From NCBI GenBank assembly GCA_949282265.1, contig CASDOZ010000005.1, forward strand, positions 173,678-237,677: DNA of 64,000 bases, written 5' to 3'. Shown here piece after piece: positions 38,005-47,546 of this stretch. The DNA is from an uncultured Bacteroidales bacterium. Lineage in GTDB: Bacteria; Bacteroidota; Bacteroidia; Bacteroidales; Paludibacteraceae. A program made the position numbers and the translations under genes. The notes beneath the pieces were generated by a model. The model saw only the letters and a program-made list of their open reading frames with translations, searched no databases and was not told where the DNA came from. Position 1 is the first letter of the stretch. Every line of letters begins with the position of its first letter.

Positions 38005-38574
38005 ATGAAACAACAATGGAAACCAGGTACGCTCATTTATCCGCTGCCGGCCGTCATGGTTTCGTGCGGGGCAAGCCCAGAAGAATACAACATACTGACC
38101 GTGAGCTGGGTGGGCACCATCTGCACCAATCCTGCCATGTGCTACATTTCCGTGCGTCCCGAACGCCATTCCTACCCTATCCTGAAACGTACCGGCGAGT
38201 TCGTCCTGAACTTGACCAACGAAGAGCTGGCTTACGCCACCGACTGGTGCGGCGTCAAAAGCGGCAAGGACACGAACAAGTTCGAGGCCATGAAACTGAC
38301 CCCGCGCAAAGGCGAAAAAGTAGATGCGCCCATCATTGTGGAAGCACCGCTCAACATCGAGTGCAAGGTCAAACAAATCGTACCGCTCGGCAGCCACGAC
38401 ATGTTCATTGCCAAAGTGGTGAACGTACAGGCCGACAGCGCCTACATGGATCCGGAAACCGGCGTGTTCGACTTGGCAAAAGCCAAACTGATTGCCTACT
38501 CGCACGGGCATTATTACAAGCTCGGCGAAGAAATAGGCAAGTTCGGTTGGAGCGTCCGCAAAAAGAAAAAATAG
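38005..38574 (+). CDS. Flavin reductase-like FMN-binding protein
   Basis: Flavin_Reduct-type pattern (PLPAVMVSCG...NILTVSWVG...HDMFIAKV). Confidence 0.75.
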   Translation: MKQQWKPGTLIYPLPAVMVSCGASPEEYNILTVSWVGTICTNPAMCYISVRPERHSYPILKRTGEFVLNLTNEELAYATDWCGVKSGKDTNKFEAMKLTPRKGEKVDAPIIVEAPLNIECKVKQIVPLGSHDMFIAKVVNVQADSAYMDPETGVFDLAKAKLIAYSHGHYYKLGEEIGKFGWSVRKKKK

Positions 38575-38615
38575 ACAAACAGTATTCATATAATTTAATG
38601 TAATTCAACTTATTC

Positions 38616-39896
<1,281 letters not shown>

Positions 39897-39916
39897 AAAA
39901 ACAACTAACGCATGGA

Positions 39917-39958
39917 AATACGGGAGGAGATGTGCTTATCTCCTCCCGTATTCTTTTT
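39917..39958 (+). terminator. Intrinsic terminator after glyA
   Basis: 15-bp perfect stem AATACGGGAGGAGAT/ATCTCCTCCCGTATT with loop GTGCTT, followed by CTTTTT. Confidence 0.8.
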
Positions 39959-40068
39959 ACGCAACGAGGCAAATCAACAATCAACTTTCTTTTGTAGAAA
40001 AGGCTGGTTTATTGTTATAACAAATCATAAATTATCATAAAACAAACCTCCTGTTTGACAATATCCTT

Positions 40069-40076
40069 TACTTTTG
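40069..40076 (+). promoter_or_regulatory. -7 box TACTTTTG
   Basis: Matches TAnnTTTG and lies 43 nt upstream of the ATG at 40119. Confidence 0.45.
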
Positions 40077-40118
40077 TAAGCACATAACAATTATTTAATA
40101 ACATTTAATTTGAGTATC

Positions 40119-40994
40119 ATGAGAAAAATTACTTTATTTACCATGACCTGCATGTTGTCCGGCACTATGATATATGCAGCGAACTACAACACCACCAAAT
40201 CAACTACTGCCCCAGAAGAATTTCCAACCGGTTACTGCGAACCATCGAAACGCGTTAATGAAAGCTGCGGCGAAGTCAACATTGATAATGTACATACCCA
40301 TTCCATCCAATCACTTTCCATAAAAGTGAATGGAACAGAGGTTCTCTCGTTAGGTGAAACAAAAACAACATTCAACTACAAACCAAGTGAACAACAATTT
40401 TCCGTGGAGCAAGGCCAAGAAATCACATTTGATTTCCAAACTGGACACTGGGCAGAGAACGTTTGGATAGGTTGTGACTGGAATCGTGACGGTGACTTTG
40501 AAGAAATACATGTCATGTATAAAAACGGCATATCAGCAGAACGAGGAGCTTCTGGCAACATTATTGGCACATATACGCTGACCGTACCTGCAACTGCGGA
40601 GGCCGGCCTGTCCAGACTGCGCATCATTTCCGATGGAATTGTATGCTCGGAAAAATGGCTCACCGGTTATACCGGCAATAATGATCTTTCCATTCTGTGC
40701 GGCACATGTGGCCAGGGTATCATTGGTTACGCAGGTTCCATACATGACTTGGGCGTCAAGGTTATCAAGAGAACAACCGGACTGCAACAACCAGCATTAA
40801 ACAACATTGTTGTAAAAGGTGTTGCCAATGGAATCAGCATTGAATCTGCCGGACAAACCAACGTTAGCGTATTCTCAATAACCGGCTCCAATGTTTGCAA
40901 CCAAACAATAAACAACAACGGGATTATTGAAGTTCCAGCCGGCATATATGCCATCCGGGCAAACAACCAGATATTTAAGGTTATTGTAAAATAA
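40119..40994 (+). CDS. Secreted protein with possible GEVED-like domain and T9SS C-terminal domain
   Basis: Signal peptide. The CDWNRDGDFEE block resembles the GEVED domain (low certainty). The C-terminus VSVFSITGSNV...AGIYAIRANNQIFKVIVK is T9SS-CTD-like. Confidence 0.65.
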   Translation: MRKITLFTMTCMLSGTMIYAANYNTTKSTTAPEEFPTGYCEPSKRVNESCGEVNIDNVHTHSIQSLSIKVNGTEVLSLGETKTTFNYKPSEQQFSVEQGQEITFDFQTGHWAENVWIGCDWNRDGDFEEIHVMYKNGISAERGASGNIIGTYTLTVPATAEAGLSRLRIISDGIVCSEKWLTGYTGNNDLSILCGTCGQGIIGYAGSIHDLGVKVIKRTTGLQQPALNNIVVKGVANGISIESAGQTNVSVFSITGSNVCNQTINNNGIIEVPAGIYAIRANNQIFKVIVK

Positions 40995-41013
40995 ACAAAC
41001 CACAAGCTTTTAT

Positions 41014-41055
41014 AAAACGGTGGCCGCTCGTGATTTCGAGCGGCCACCGTTTTTT
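41014..41055. terminator. Bidirectional intrinsic terminator between convergent genes
   Basis: 17-bp stem AAAACGGTGGCCGCTCG/CGAGCGGCCACCGTTTT with loop TGATTT, flanked by A-runs and T-runs. Confidence 0.8.
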
Positions 41056-41096
41056 ATATATTCCTCTGTCAGCAACAGCAAAAGCAAAACAAAGCC

Positions 41097-42503
41097 TTAA
41101 AAATAACTTGTGCCATCAAAACAGTGCGTGCACACTTTTTCCTTCGGTAAGCCGATTGCCTTTACCAAATTTTCCACCGTGTTAAATTTAAGGGATGTCA
41201 GTTTGAAACGCTCCCGCATGTAATCAACAAGGCGAGCATACTCAGGTGTGGCCGGATCGGAGTATTTGTCTAGATTCTTGGTATGGTCGCCTTCCAGTTC
41301 CTGGATAATGCGGCGCGTCATTAATTCCAGTTCAGAATTACTCTGCGTAAAGCCAATAAAACGGCACGGATAAAACAAAGGCGGCGCGGAAATGCGCATA
41401 TGCACCTGGCTCGCCCCGTAACCGTAGAGAAACTCTACATTGTTACGCAACTGCGTACCGCGCACAATGGAATCATCACAAAAGACAACGCGCTTGCCAC
41501 GCAACAGGGTCTTGTTCGGAATCAGTTTCATTTTGGCCACCAGTTCGCGCATACTCTGCGTTGGCGGCGTAAAACTGCGCGGCCAAGTCGGCGTGTACTT
41601 GATCATGGCGCGCTTATACGGAATGCCGCGGCCGGCAGCATAACCCAAGGCGTAGCCGATACCCGAGTCAGGAATGGCCGCCACAAAATCGGCATCCGTT
41701 TCCATGTCGTTCTTACCGGCCTCGTAACCTCCGCGGTAGCGCACCTCATCCACGTTGATATTTTCATAATCCGTGACTGGATAGCCGTAATAAACCCACA
41801 AAAACGAGCATATCTGCATCTGGTCATTGGGCTTGCGCAACTGCTCGTAACCGTCGGCGGTCGCCTTGACAATCTCGCCGGGCCCCATGAAATACTCGGT
41901 TTCAAAGCCAAGGTTCGGGAAACCGCACGGCTCACTTGACAAGGCAACGGCGCCTGCCTTACGACCAATGATAATCGGCGTCCTGCCTAAACGGTCACGG
42001 GCAGCTATAATGCTGTCCTGTGTTAAAATAAGAAGCGAGCATGAACCTTGTATTTTTGAATACATATATTCGATGCCCGCTACAAATGTTTCCCGTTGGT
42101 TGATTAACAACGCTATCAGTTCTGTTTGGTTGGTCTTGCCGGAACTGAACTCGGCAAAATGGCAACCTTGATCCAGCAGTTCCTTCTCCAAATCGGCTAT
42201 GTTGTTGATAAAAGCTACCGTTACAATGGCGAAACGTCCCAAATGGGAGTTAATGACAATCGGCTGCGCGTCGGTGTCGCTGATAATGCCGATACCCGCG
42301 TTGCCGGAAAACTTGGACAAGTCCGGTTCAAACTTGCTTCTGAAATAAGCATTTTCCAGATTATGGATAGACCGCATGAAACGGCCGTCATCATACGTGG
42401 CCATACCGCCACGCCGAGTTCCCAAATGCGAATTATAGTCTGTTCCGTAGAACACATCCGCTACACAACTCTTTTTTGAAATAGTCCCAAAAAAACCACC
42501 CAT
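41097..42503 (-). CDS. Amidophosphoribosyltransferase-like protein (468 aa) lacking the N-terminal Cys nucleophile
   Basis: PRTase motif VVFCDDSIVRGTQL and a PurF-like fold. The N-terminus reads MGGFFGTISK, with Gly where class II amidotransferases have the catalytic Cys. No in-frame upstream extension supplies a Cys. Confidence 0.8.
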   Translation of the reverse strand: MGGFFGTISKKSCVADVFYGTDYNSHLGTRRGGMATYDDGRFMRSIHNLENAYFRSKFEPDLSKFSGNAGIGIISDTDAQPIVINSHLGRFAIVTVAFINNIADLEKELLDQGCHFAEFSSGKTNQTELIALLINQRETFVAGIEYMYSKIQGSCSLLILTQDSIIAARDRLGRTPIIIGRKAGAVALSSEPCGFPNLGFETEYFMGPGEIVKATADGYEQLRKPNDQMQICSFLWVYYGYPVTDYENINVDEVRYRGGYEAGKNDMETDADFVAAIPDSGIGYALGYAAGRGIPYKRAMIKYTPTWPRSFTPPTQSMRELVAKMKLIPNKTLLRGKRVVFCDDSIVRGTQLRNNVEFLYGYGASQVHMRISAPPLFYPCRFIGFTQSNSELELMTRRIIQELEGDHTKNLDKYSDPATPEYARLVDYMRERFKLTSLKFNTVENLVKAIGLPKEKVCTHCFDGTSYF

Positions 42504-42561
42504 ATTTTCAATATACAGTTAAAGTCTAAAATTGTCGAAAATCCCGTTGTGCATTTCCATT

Positions 42562-43866
42562 TCATATTCGGGAAATACGTGCACCGAGCCGGTTAAGCCT
42601 GCCATCTATGTTTTGGTAACCGCGGTCAATCTGATCTATGTTATGTATGATGCTCGTTCCGTTGGCACACAGGGCTGCAATCAGCAGGGCAATTCCGGCG
42701 CGGATGTCCGGCGAGCTCATGACTGCCGGCCGCAGACAGAAATTGTCGCCCAGACCAATGACCGTGGCACGGTGCGGGTCGCACAAAATGATTTGCGCTC
42801 CCATGTCAATCAGCTTGTCCACGAAGAAGAGGCGGCTCTCGAACATTTTCTGGTGAATCAGCACGCTGCCCTTGGCCTTCGTGGCCACCACAAGCATCAC
42901 GCTCAGCAGGTCGGGCGTCAGTCCCGGCCACGGTGCGTCGGCTATGGTCATGATGGAACCATCGATAAACGATTCGATGGTGTAATTGGTCTGCCGCGGC
43001 ACGATAATGTCATCATCGCGGTGCACCAGCTGCACGCCAAGACGTCGGAAGCTGTCCGGTATGATTCCCAGTTCATCGTAGGCCACATCCTTGATGGTAA
43101 TTTCCGAACTTGTCATGGCAGCCATGCCAATGAAACTGCCAATCTCAATCATGTCGGGCAAGATACGGTGCTCGCATCCGCCAAGACGTTCCACGCCTTC
43201 TATGGTCAGCAGGTTGGAGCCTATGCCCGATATGCGGGCGCCCATGCGGTTCAGCATGCGGCACAATTGCTGCACATAAGGCTCGCATGCCGCATTGTAT
43301 ATGGTAGTCGTGCCTTCGGCACAGACGGCCGCCATCAAGATATTGGCCGTACCCGTAACGGAAGCCTCGTCGAGCAACATGTACGTACCCCGCAGGTGCG
43401 GAGCCGTTATTTCATACAACTTGCGGTCGGGGTCAAACACAAACTCCGCACCCAGCTTCTGTATGCCTACGAAATGCGTGTCCAGGCGCCGGCGGCCTAT
43501 CTTGTCACCGCCCGGCTTGGGCAGAATAGCCCATCCCAGACGCCTGACTAACGGACCGACAATCATGACCGAACCGCGCAAAGAGGCGCTCTGCTTGTAA
43601 AACGCCTCCGTGTTCAGGTAGGCTTCGTTGAGCGTAGCGGCACAGAAACGATAAGTGCCAGCTGACAAACGTTCTACCTGCACACCCATATCGGCAAGCA
43701 ATTGGATCAGGTTGTTCACATCCAATATGTCGGGGATATTGGAGATGGTTACAGGGGCCGGGGTCAGCAACGTAGCGCAAATAACTTGCAACGCTTCGTT
43801 TTTTGCCCCTTGCGGCGTGATTTCGCCTTGTAAGCGATGCCCGCCATCTATCTTGAATGAAGCCAT
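42562..43866 (-). CDS. murA: UDP-N-acetylglucosamine 1-carboxyvinyltransferase
   Basis: GAKNEAL, LRGS..VGPL, KPGGDKIGRRRLDTH and the overall EPSP-synthase-like fold pattern. Confidence 0.95.
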   Translation of the reverse strand: MASFKIDGGHRLQGEITPQGAKNEALQVICATLLTPAPVTISNIPDILDVNNLIQLLADMGVQVERLSAGTYRFCAATLNEAYLNTEAFYKQSASLRGSVMIVGPLVRRLGWAILPKPGGDKIGRRRLDTHFVGIQKLGAEFVFDPDRKLYEITAPHLRGTYMLLDEASVTGTANILMAAVCAEGTTTIYNAACEPYVQQLCRMLNRMGARISGIGSNLLTIEGVERLGGCEHRILPDMIEIGSFIGMAAMTSSEITIKDVAYDELGIIPDSFRRLGVQLVHRDDDIIVPRQTNYTIESFIDGSIMTIADAPWPGLTPDLLSVMLVVATKAKGSVLIHQKMFESRLFFVDKLIDMGAQIILCDPHRATVIGLGDNFCLRPAVMSSPDIRAGIALLIAALCANGTSIIHNIDQIDRGYQNIDGRLNRLGARISRI

Positions 43867-43880
43867 AATCGTTTCAGAAA

Positions 43881-44489
43881 TTAACGCCTCCGCCTTTGAT
43901 TGTTGTTCGGACGGTTCGGCATGTTGGGTTTCTTATACAATATCTCACGGGACCCCAACAGCCTGAGGCGTTCCGGATTCAGACTGATCTTGCCATCCGA
44001 AAGTTCATACAGGTCTTCCAGGATTTTCTTGTCATCGACCACCTCCTTGTTCCAGAGCACAAAATTCTTTTTCATCTGGTTGGCTATGCTCAAGGCAATC
44101 TGCTCCTTCTGTTCGCCATCTTCCATTTCTATCACCTTGGCTATCATTTCTTCAACAGTTCTGCCATAATGGGGATATCTGATACGCGAACGCTTGTATG
44201 GTATCGGCTCCGGATGCGTATGGAAACTTTCCGGCTGCGGCTTTTCATAAGGGAAATCAATATCCAGCTTGAAATCGGACATGATGGCCAGGTGATCCCA
44301 CAGTTTGTGTTTGAAATCGTTCACATCACGCAAATAGGGGAACAGGTTTCCCATGGTATGAATGATGGTCCGGACACATCTCGCCCGTTCTTCACGGTCC
44401 TGTATGGTTACGGCGTGTGCCACCATTTTCTGGATATTGCGCCCGTATTCAGGCATAATCAGCTTGTCTTGCAATGTTGGGTAATCCAT
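43881..44489 (-). CDS. DUF4290-family protein (conserved upstream partner of murA in Bacteroidota)
   Basis: MDYPTLQDKLIMPEYGRNIQKMV... with a basic C-terminal tail. Start at ATG 44489. Confidence 0.75.
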   Translation of the reverse strand: MDYPTLQDKLIMPEYGRNIQKMVAHAVTIQDREERARCVRTIIHTMGNLFPYLRDVNDFKHKLWDHLAIMSDFKLDIDFPYEKPQPESFHTHPEPIPYKRSRIRYPHYGRTVEEMIAKVIEMEDGEQKEQIALSIANQMKKNFVLWNKEVVDDKKILEDLYELSDGKISLNPERLRLLGSREILYKKPNMPNRPNNNQRRRR

Positions 44490-44690
44490 TGTATTTGTAA
44501 ATGAAAGCACAAAAGTACTGATTTTAGTACATTCAGCAAAACTGAAAAAGCATTTACTTTTCAAAATTATGCATCATGCATGACAAAAAACGGCGTGCCG
44601 GAATGGTCAGAAAAGCTGTACGCAAAACCTGAAAAGCAACAAATTTCCAACTTTTTGTATCAATTTGCATCATATTCCATTGTTTTTAGT

Positions 44691-44698
44691 TACTTTTG
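44691..44698 (+). promoter_or_regulatory. -7 box TACTTTTG upstream of the SNF transporter
   Basis: Matches TAnnTTTG and lies about 94 nt upstream of the ATG at 44792. Confidence 0.45.
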
Positions 44699-44791
44699 CG
44701 CGCAAAATAGCCCCATAAAAAGAAAAACCGAAACAAAAGATTTCGGCAAAGGCAAACAAACAGAAACATACAACCCGTAAAAACAAATTAT

Positions 44792-46123
44792 ATGGCCCGT
44801 ACTAATTTCGGAAGCAAACTTGGCATCATTGCAGCGGCGGCCGGCTCCGCCGTAGGTTTAGGCAACATCTGGCGTTTCCCGTATGAACTCGGACAGCAGG
44901 GCGGCGGTGCATTCCTGCTGGTCTATATATTGTGTGTGTTGTTGTTGGGATTACCCATCATGCTGGCGGAACTGCTGATAGGACGCATGGGACAGCATAA
45001 CGTAACGGGTGCCTTCCGCAGCATCGGACATCCGCGCTGGCGGTTTATCGGCTATGCCGGCGTGCTGTGCTCGTTCCTGATTATGGGTTTCTATTGCGTC
45101 GTGGCCGGCTGGACCATTGAATATATCTGGCAGGCCATCACCAACCAGTTTGCCGACAAATCGACGGCCGACCTGGCGGCGGCATTCGCCGATTTCAGCA
45201 CGCGCCCCATACGCCCCATTATCTGGATGGTTTTGTTTGTGGGCATAACGTGTTATGTCGTACTCGCCGGCGTACAAAACGGCATTGAAAAAAGTGCGAA
45301 AATCCTGATGCCGGTCCTGTTCGTGCTGCTGCTCGTGCTCTGCCTGCGCTCACTGACCCTGCCCGGAGGTCTGGAAGGAGTGGCCTTCCTTTTTCAGCCC
45401 GATTTCAGCAAGATAACGCCGGAAGTGGTGTTGAGTGCCATGGGACAGGCATTTTTCTCGCTCAGCCTCGGCATGGGCTGCATGATTACCTACGGTTCCT
45501 ACATAGACAAGAAAAACAACCTGGAACACACAGCCTTGCAAGTTACCGGATTAGACACATTGGTAGCCGTTTTGGCCGCCATTGCGATTTTTCCGGCCGT
45601 GTTCGCGCTGGGCATCAATCCCGCACAAGGCCCCGAGCTGGTGTTCATCACCTTGCCGAACGTATTCGCGCACATTCCGGGAGGCTACATTTGGACCATC
45701 GCCTTTTTCGTGCTGCTGAGCATAGCCGCGCTCACCTCGACCATTTCGTTGCTGGAAGTCATCACGGCTTTTATGAACGAAGAATGGAAATTGCCGCGCC
45801 GGAAAGCGGCCATTATCGCCAGTTGCATCATTGCCGTGCTCGGCGTGCTCGCTTCGCTGTCGCTCGGCCTGCTGAAAGACTATACGATAGCAGGCATGAA
45901 CTTTTTCGACCTGCTCGACAACTTCACGGCCAAATTCCTGATGCCGATAGGCGGACTGGCCATTGCCGTTTTCTGCGGCTGGGTACTCGACAGGAAACGC
46001 ATGGAAGCGGAGCTGTCGAACGGGGGAAAACTCAAGCTAAAATACCTGAAAGCGTTTGCTTTCCTGCTGAAATACATTACGCCGCTGGCCATTCTGGCTA
46101 TCTTTATTGACCAGCTTATGTAA
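44792..46123 (+). CDS. Sodium-dependent transporter, neurotransmitter:sodium symporter (SNF) family
   Basis: GLGNIWRFPY motif, about 11-12 TM segments, 443 aa. Confidence 0.9.
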   Translation: MARTNFGSKLGIIAAAAGSAVGLGNIWRFPYELGQQGGGAFLLVYILCVLLLGLPIMLAELLIGRMGQHNVTGAFRSIGHPRWRFIGYAGVLCSFLIMGFYCVVAGWTIEYIWQAITNQFADKSTADLAAAFADFSTRPIRPIIWMVLFVGITCYVVLAGVQNGIEKSAKILMPVLFVLLLVLCLRSLTLPGGLEGVAFLFQPDFSKITPEVVLSAMGQAFFSLSLGMGCMITYGSYIDKKNNLEHTALQVTGLDTLVAVLAAIAIFPAVFALGINPAQGPELVFITLPNVFAHIPGGYIWTIAFFVLLSIAALTSTISLLEVITAFMNEEWKLPRRKAAIIASCIIAVLGVLASLSLGLLKDYTIAGMNFFDLLDNFTAKFLMPIGGLAIAVFCGWVLDRKRMEAELSNGGKLKLKYLKAFAFLLKYITPLAILAIFIDQLM

Positions 46124-46215
46124 AAAAGACGACAACGGTATTTTCCATGCGTTGGATGCCAAAGCGTATTGACAGTTTTTTCATATTTTGCATGCCTGCA
46201 ACTGGTATTTTTTGC

Positions 46216-46223
46216 TAAATTTG
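46216..46223 (+). promoter_or_regulatory. -7 box TAAATTTG, candidate promoter of the methylase-nuclease operon
   Basis: Matches TAnnTTTG. It would produce a roughly 330-nt 5' leader before the ATG at 46563. Confidence 0.35.
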
Positions 46224-46320
46224 CAGCGATAAATCATACAAAAATTTCATTTTCAAATTATAGACGACTAACAGAAAAAAGAATTTATAACGACATATTA
46301 ATTAAGCATTAGCTATTATT

Positions 46321-46517
46321 CGCATTCAAAACAAAAGCGTCGGAAACTCTTGGTTTGATATAAATCGGATAAAGCATCATTCACGGAAAGTGTCATTTCC
46401 GTTGCACAATGTAAAAGTTAATGCTCGCGCTCTGGTGCGAGTATTTTCAATTGTGCAACGGGGTTCTCCGACGCTCCTCGTGAATGCGGTGAAAAGGCTC
46501 GCACCTATTTTTATTTC
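46321..46517 (+). other. Nested-helix structured element (candidate cis-regulatory leader or ncRNA) upstream of the methyltransferase gene
   Basis: Four nested complementary pairs: CGCATTCA 46321-28 / TGAATGCG 46481-88; AGCGTCGGA 46336-44 / TCCGACGCT 46467-75; CCGTTGCACAAT 46399-410 / ATTGTGCAACGG 46450-61; CTCGC 46424-28 / GCGAG 46437-41. A competing pair GGTGCGAG 46434-41 / CTCGCACC 46498-505 is followed by TATTTTTATTT. Confidence 0.5.
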
Positions 46518-46562
46518 GATCTGTTGTGATTGATAGCACATGCACAAAAACTATCAATCATC

Positions 46563-47540
46563 ATGGCAAACGAAAACCTCCAAGCCGCCCGGAAAGCCAA
46601 AAAAGACGAGTTCTATACGCAGCTTGCCGACATTGAAAGCGAACTAAAACACTACAAAGAGCATTTCCAAGGCAAAACCGTGCTCTGCAATTGCGATGAC
46701 CCGCGTGTCAGCAATTTTTTCCACTATTTCTCCTACAACTTTGAACGTTTGGGGCTGAAAAAACTGATAACCACTTGTTACAAAAACCAAAACCGTGATC
46801 TGTTCTCGCAAAACGACAGCGAGCAGGCCATTTATCTGGAATATTATGGCGACAAGGACGGCGACCGTGTGCCCAATCCCGAAGAAATAGGCGTGAAAAG
46901 ACTGAAAGGCGACGGCGATTTCCGCAGCGCGGAATGCATAGAACTGCTCAAACAGGCCGACATTGTTGTTACCAACCCGCCGTTTTCACTATTCCGGGAA
47001 TATGTGGCGCAATTGATGGAATACAAAAAGAAGTTTCTGATTATCGGAAACGTCAATGCAATTACCTACAAAGAAACATTCAAACTCATCAAAGAAAATC
47101 AACTATGGATGGGGGCAAGCATTCACAGTGGCGACCGTGAATTTGGCATCCCTGACGATTATCCGCTTAATGCTGCCAGTTGCCGCATCGATGAAAACGG
47201 CAAGAAATATATTCGTGTTAAAGGAGTGCGATGGTTTACAAATCTGGATTACCCCGAACGCCACGAGAACCTGATCCTTTATAAAAACTACAATCCCGAT
47301 GAGTACCCGAAATACGACAACTACGATGCCATAAACGTGGACAAGACCGCCGACATTCCCATGGACTATGATGGCGCAATGGGCGTACCGATAACGTTTC
47401 TGGACAAATACAACCCGGAACAGTTTGAGATATTGGGAATAGATAGATATATAAAAGACAATCCACATTACGGTCATAGATTTAAAATCAACAATAAAGA
47501 AATTTACGCCCGCATTTTAATCCGTAAAATCAAAAAATAA
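46563..47540 (+). CDS. N6-adenine DNA methyltransferase, EcoRI-methylase-like family
   Basis: N-terminal KKDEFYT block and catalytic motif IV VVTNPPFSLF. Start at ATG 46563 (MANENLQ). AT-rich relative to flanking genes. Confidence 0.75.
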   Translation: MANENLQAARKAKKDEFYTQLADIESELKHYKEHFQGKTVLCNCDDPRVSNFFHYFSYNFERLGLKKLITTCYKNQNRDLFSQNDSEQAIYLEYYGDKDGDRVPNPEEIGVKRLKGDGDFRSAECIELLKQADIVVTNPPFSLFREYVAQLMEYKKKFLIIGNVNAITYKETFKLIKENQLWMGASIHSGDREFGIPDDYPLNAASCRIDENGKKYIRVKGVRWFTNLDYPERHENLILYKNYNPDEYPKYDNYDAINVDKTADIPMDYDGAMGVPITFLDKYNPEQFEILGIDRYIKDNPHYGHRFKINNKEIYARILIRKIKK

Positions 47541-47546
47541 ACAACC

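Noticed and set aside
44580-44780. 66-aa ORF in the divergent promoter region between the DUF4290 gene and the SNF transporter
   Set aside because: It spans the TACTTTTG -7 box and the 5' UTR of the transporter. It is lysine-rich, low-complexity and AT-rich, with no coding signal.
46321-46517. Retron msr/msd or IscB/HEARO-type omega RNA
   Set aside because: No reverse transcriptase is present anywhere nearby. The downstream HNH protein has a DUF262 domain and no RuvC segments, so it is not IscB-like. The element is retained only as an unclassified structured leader or ncRNA candidate.
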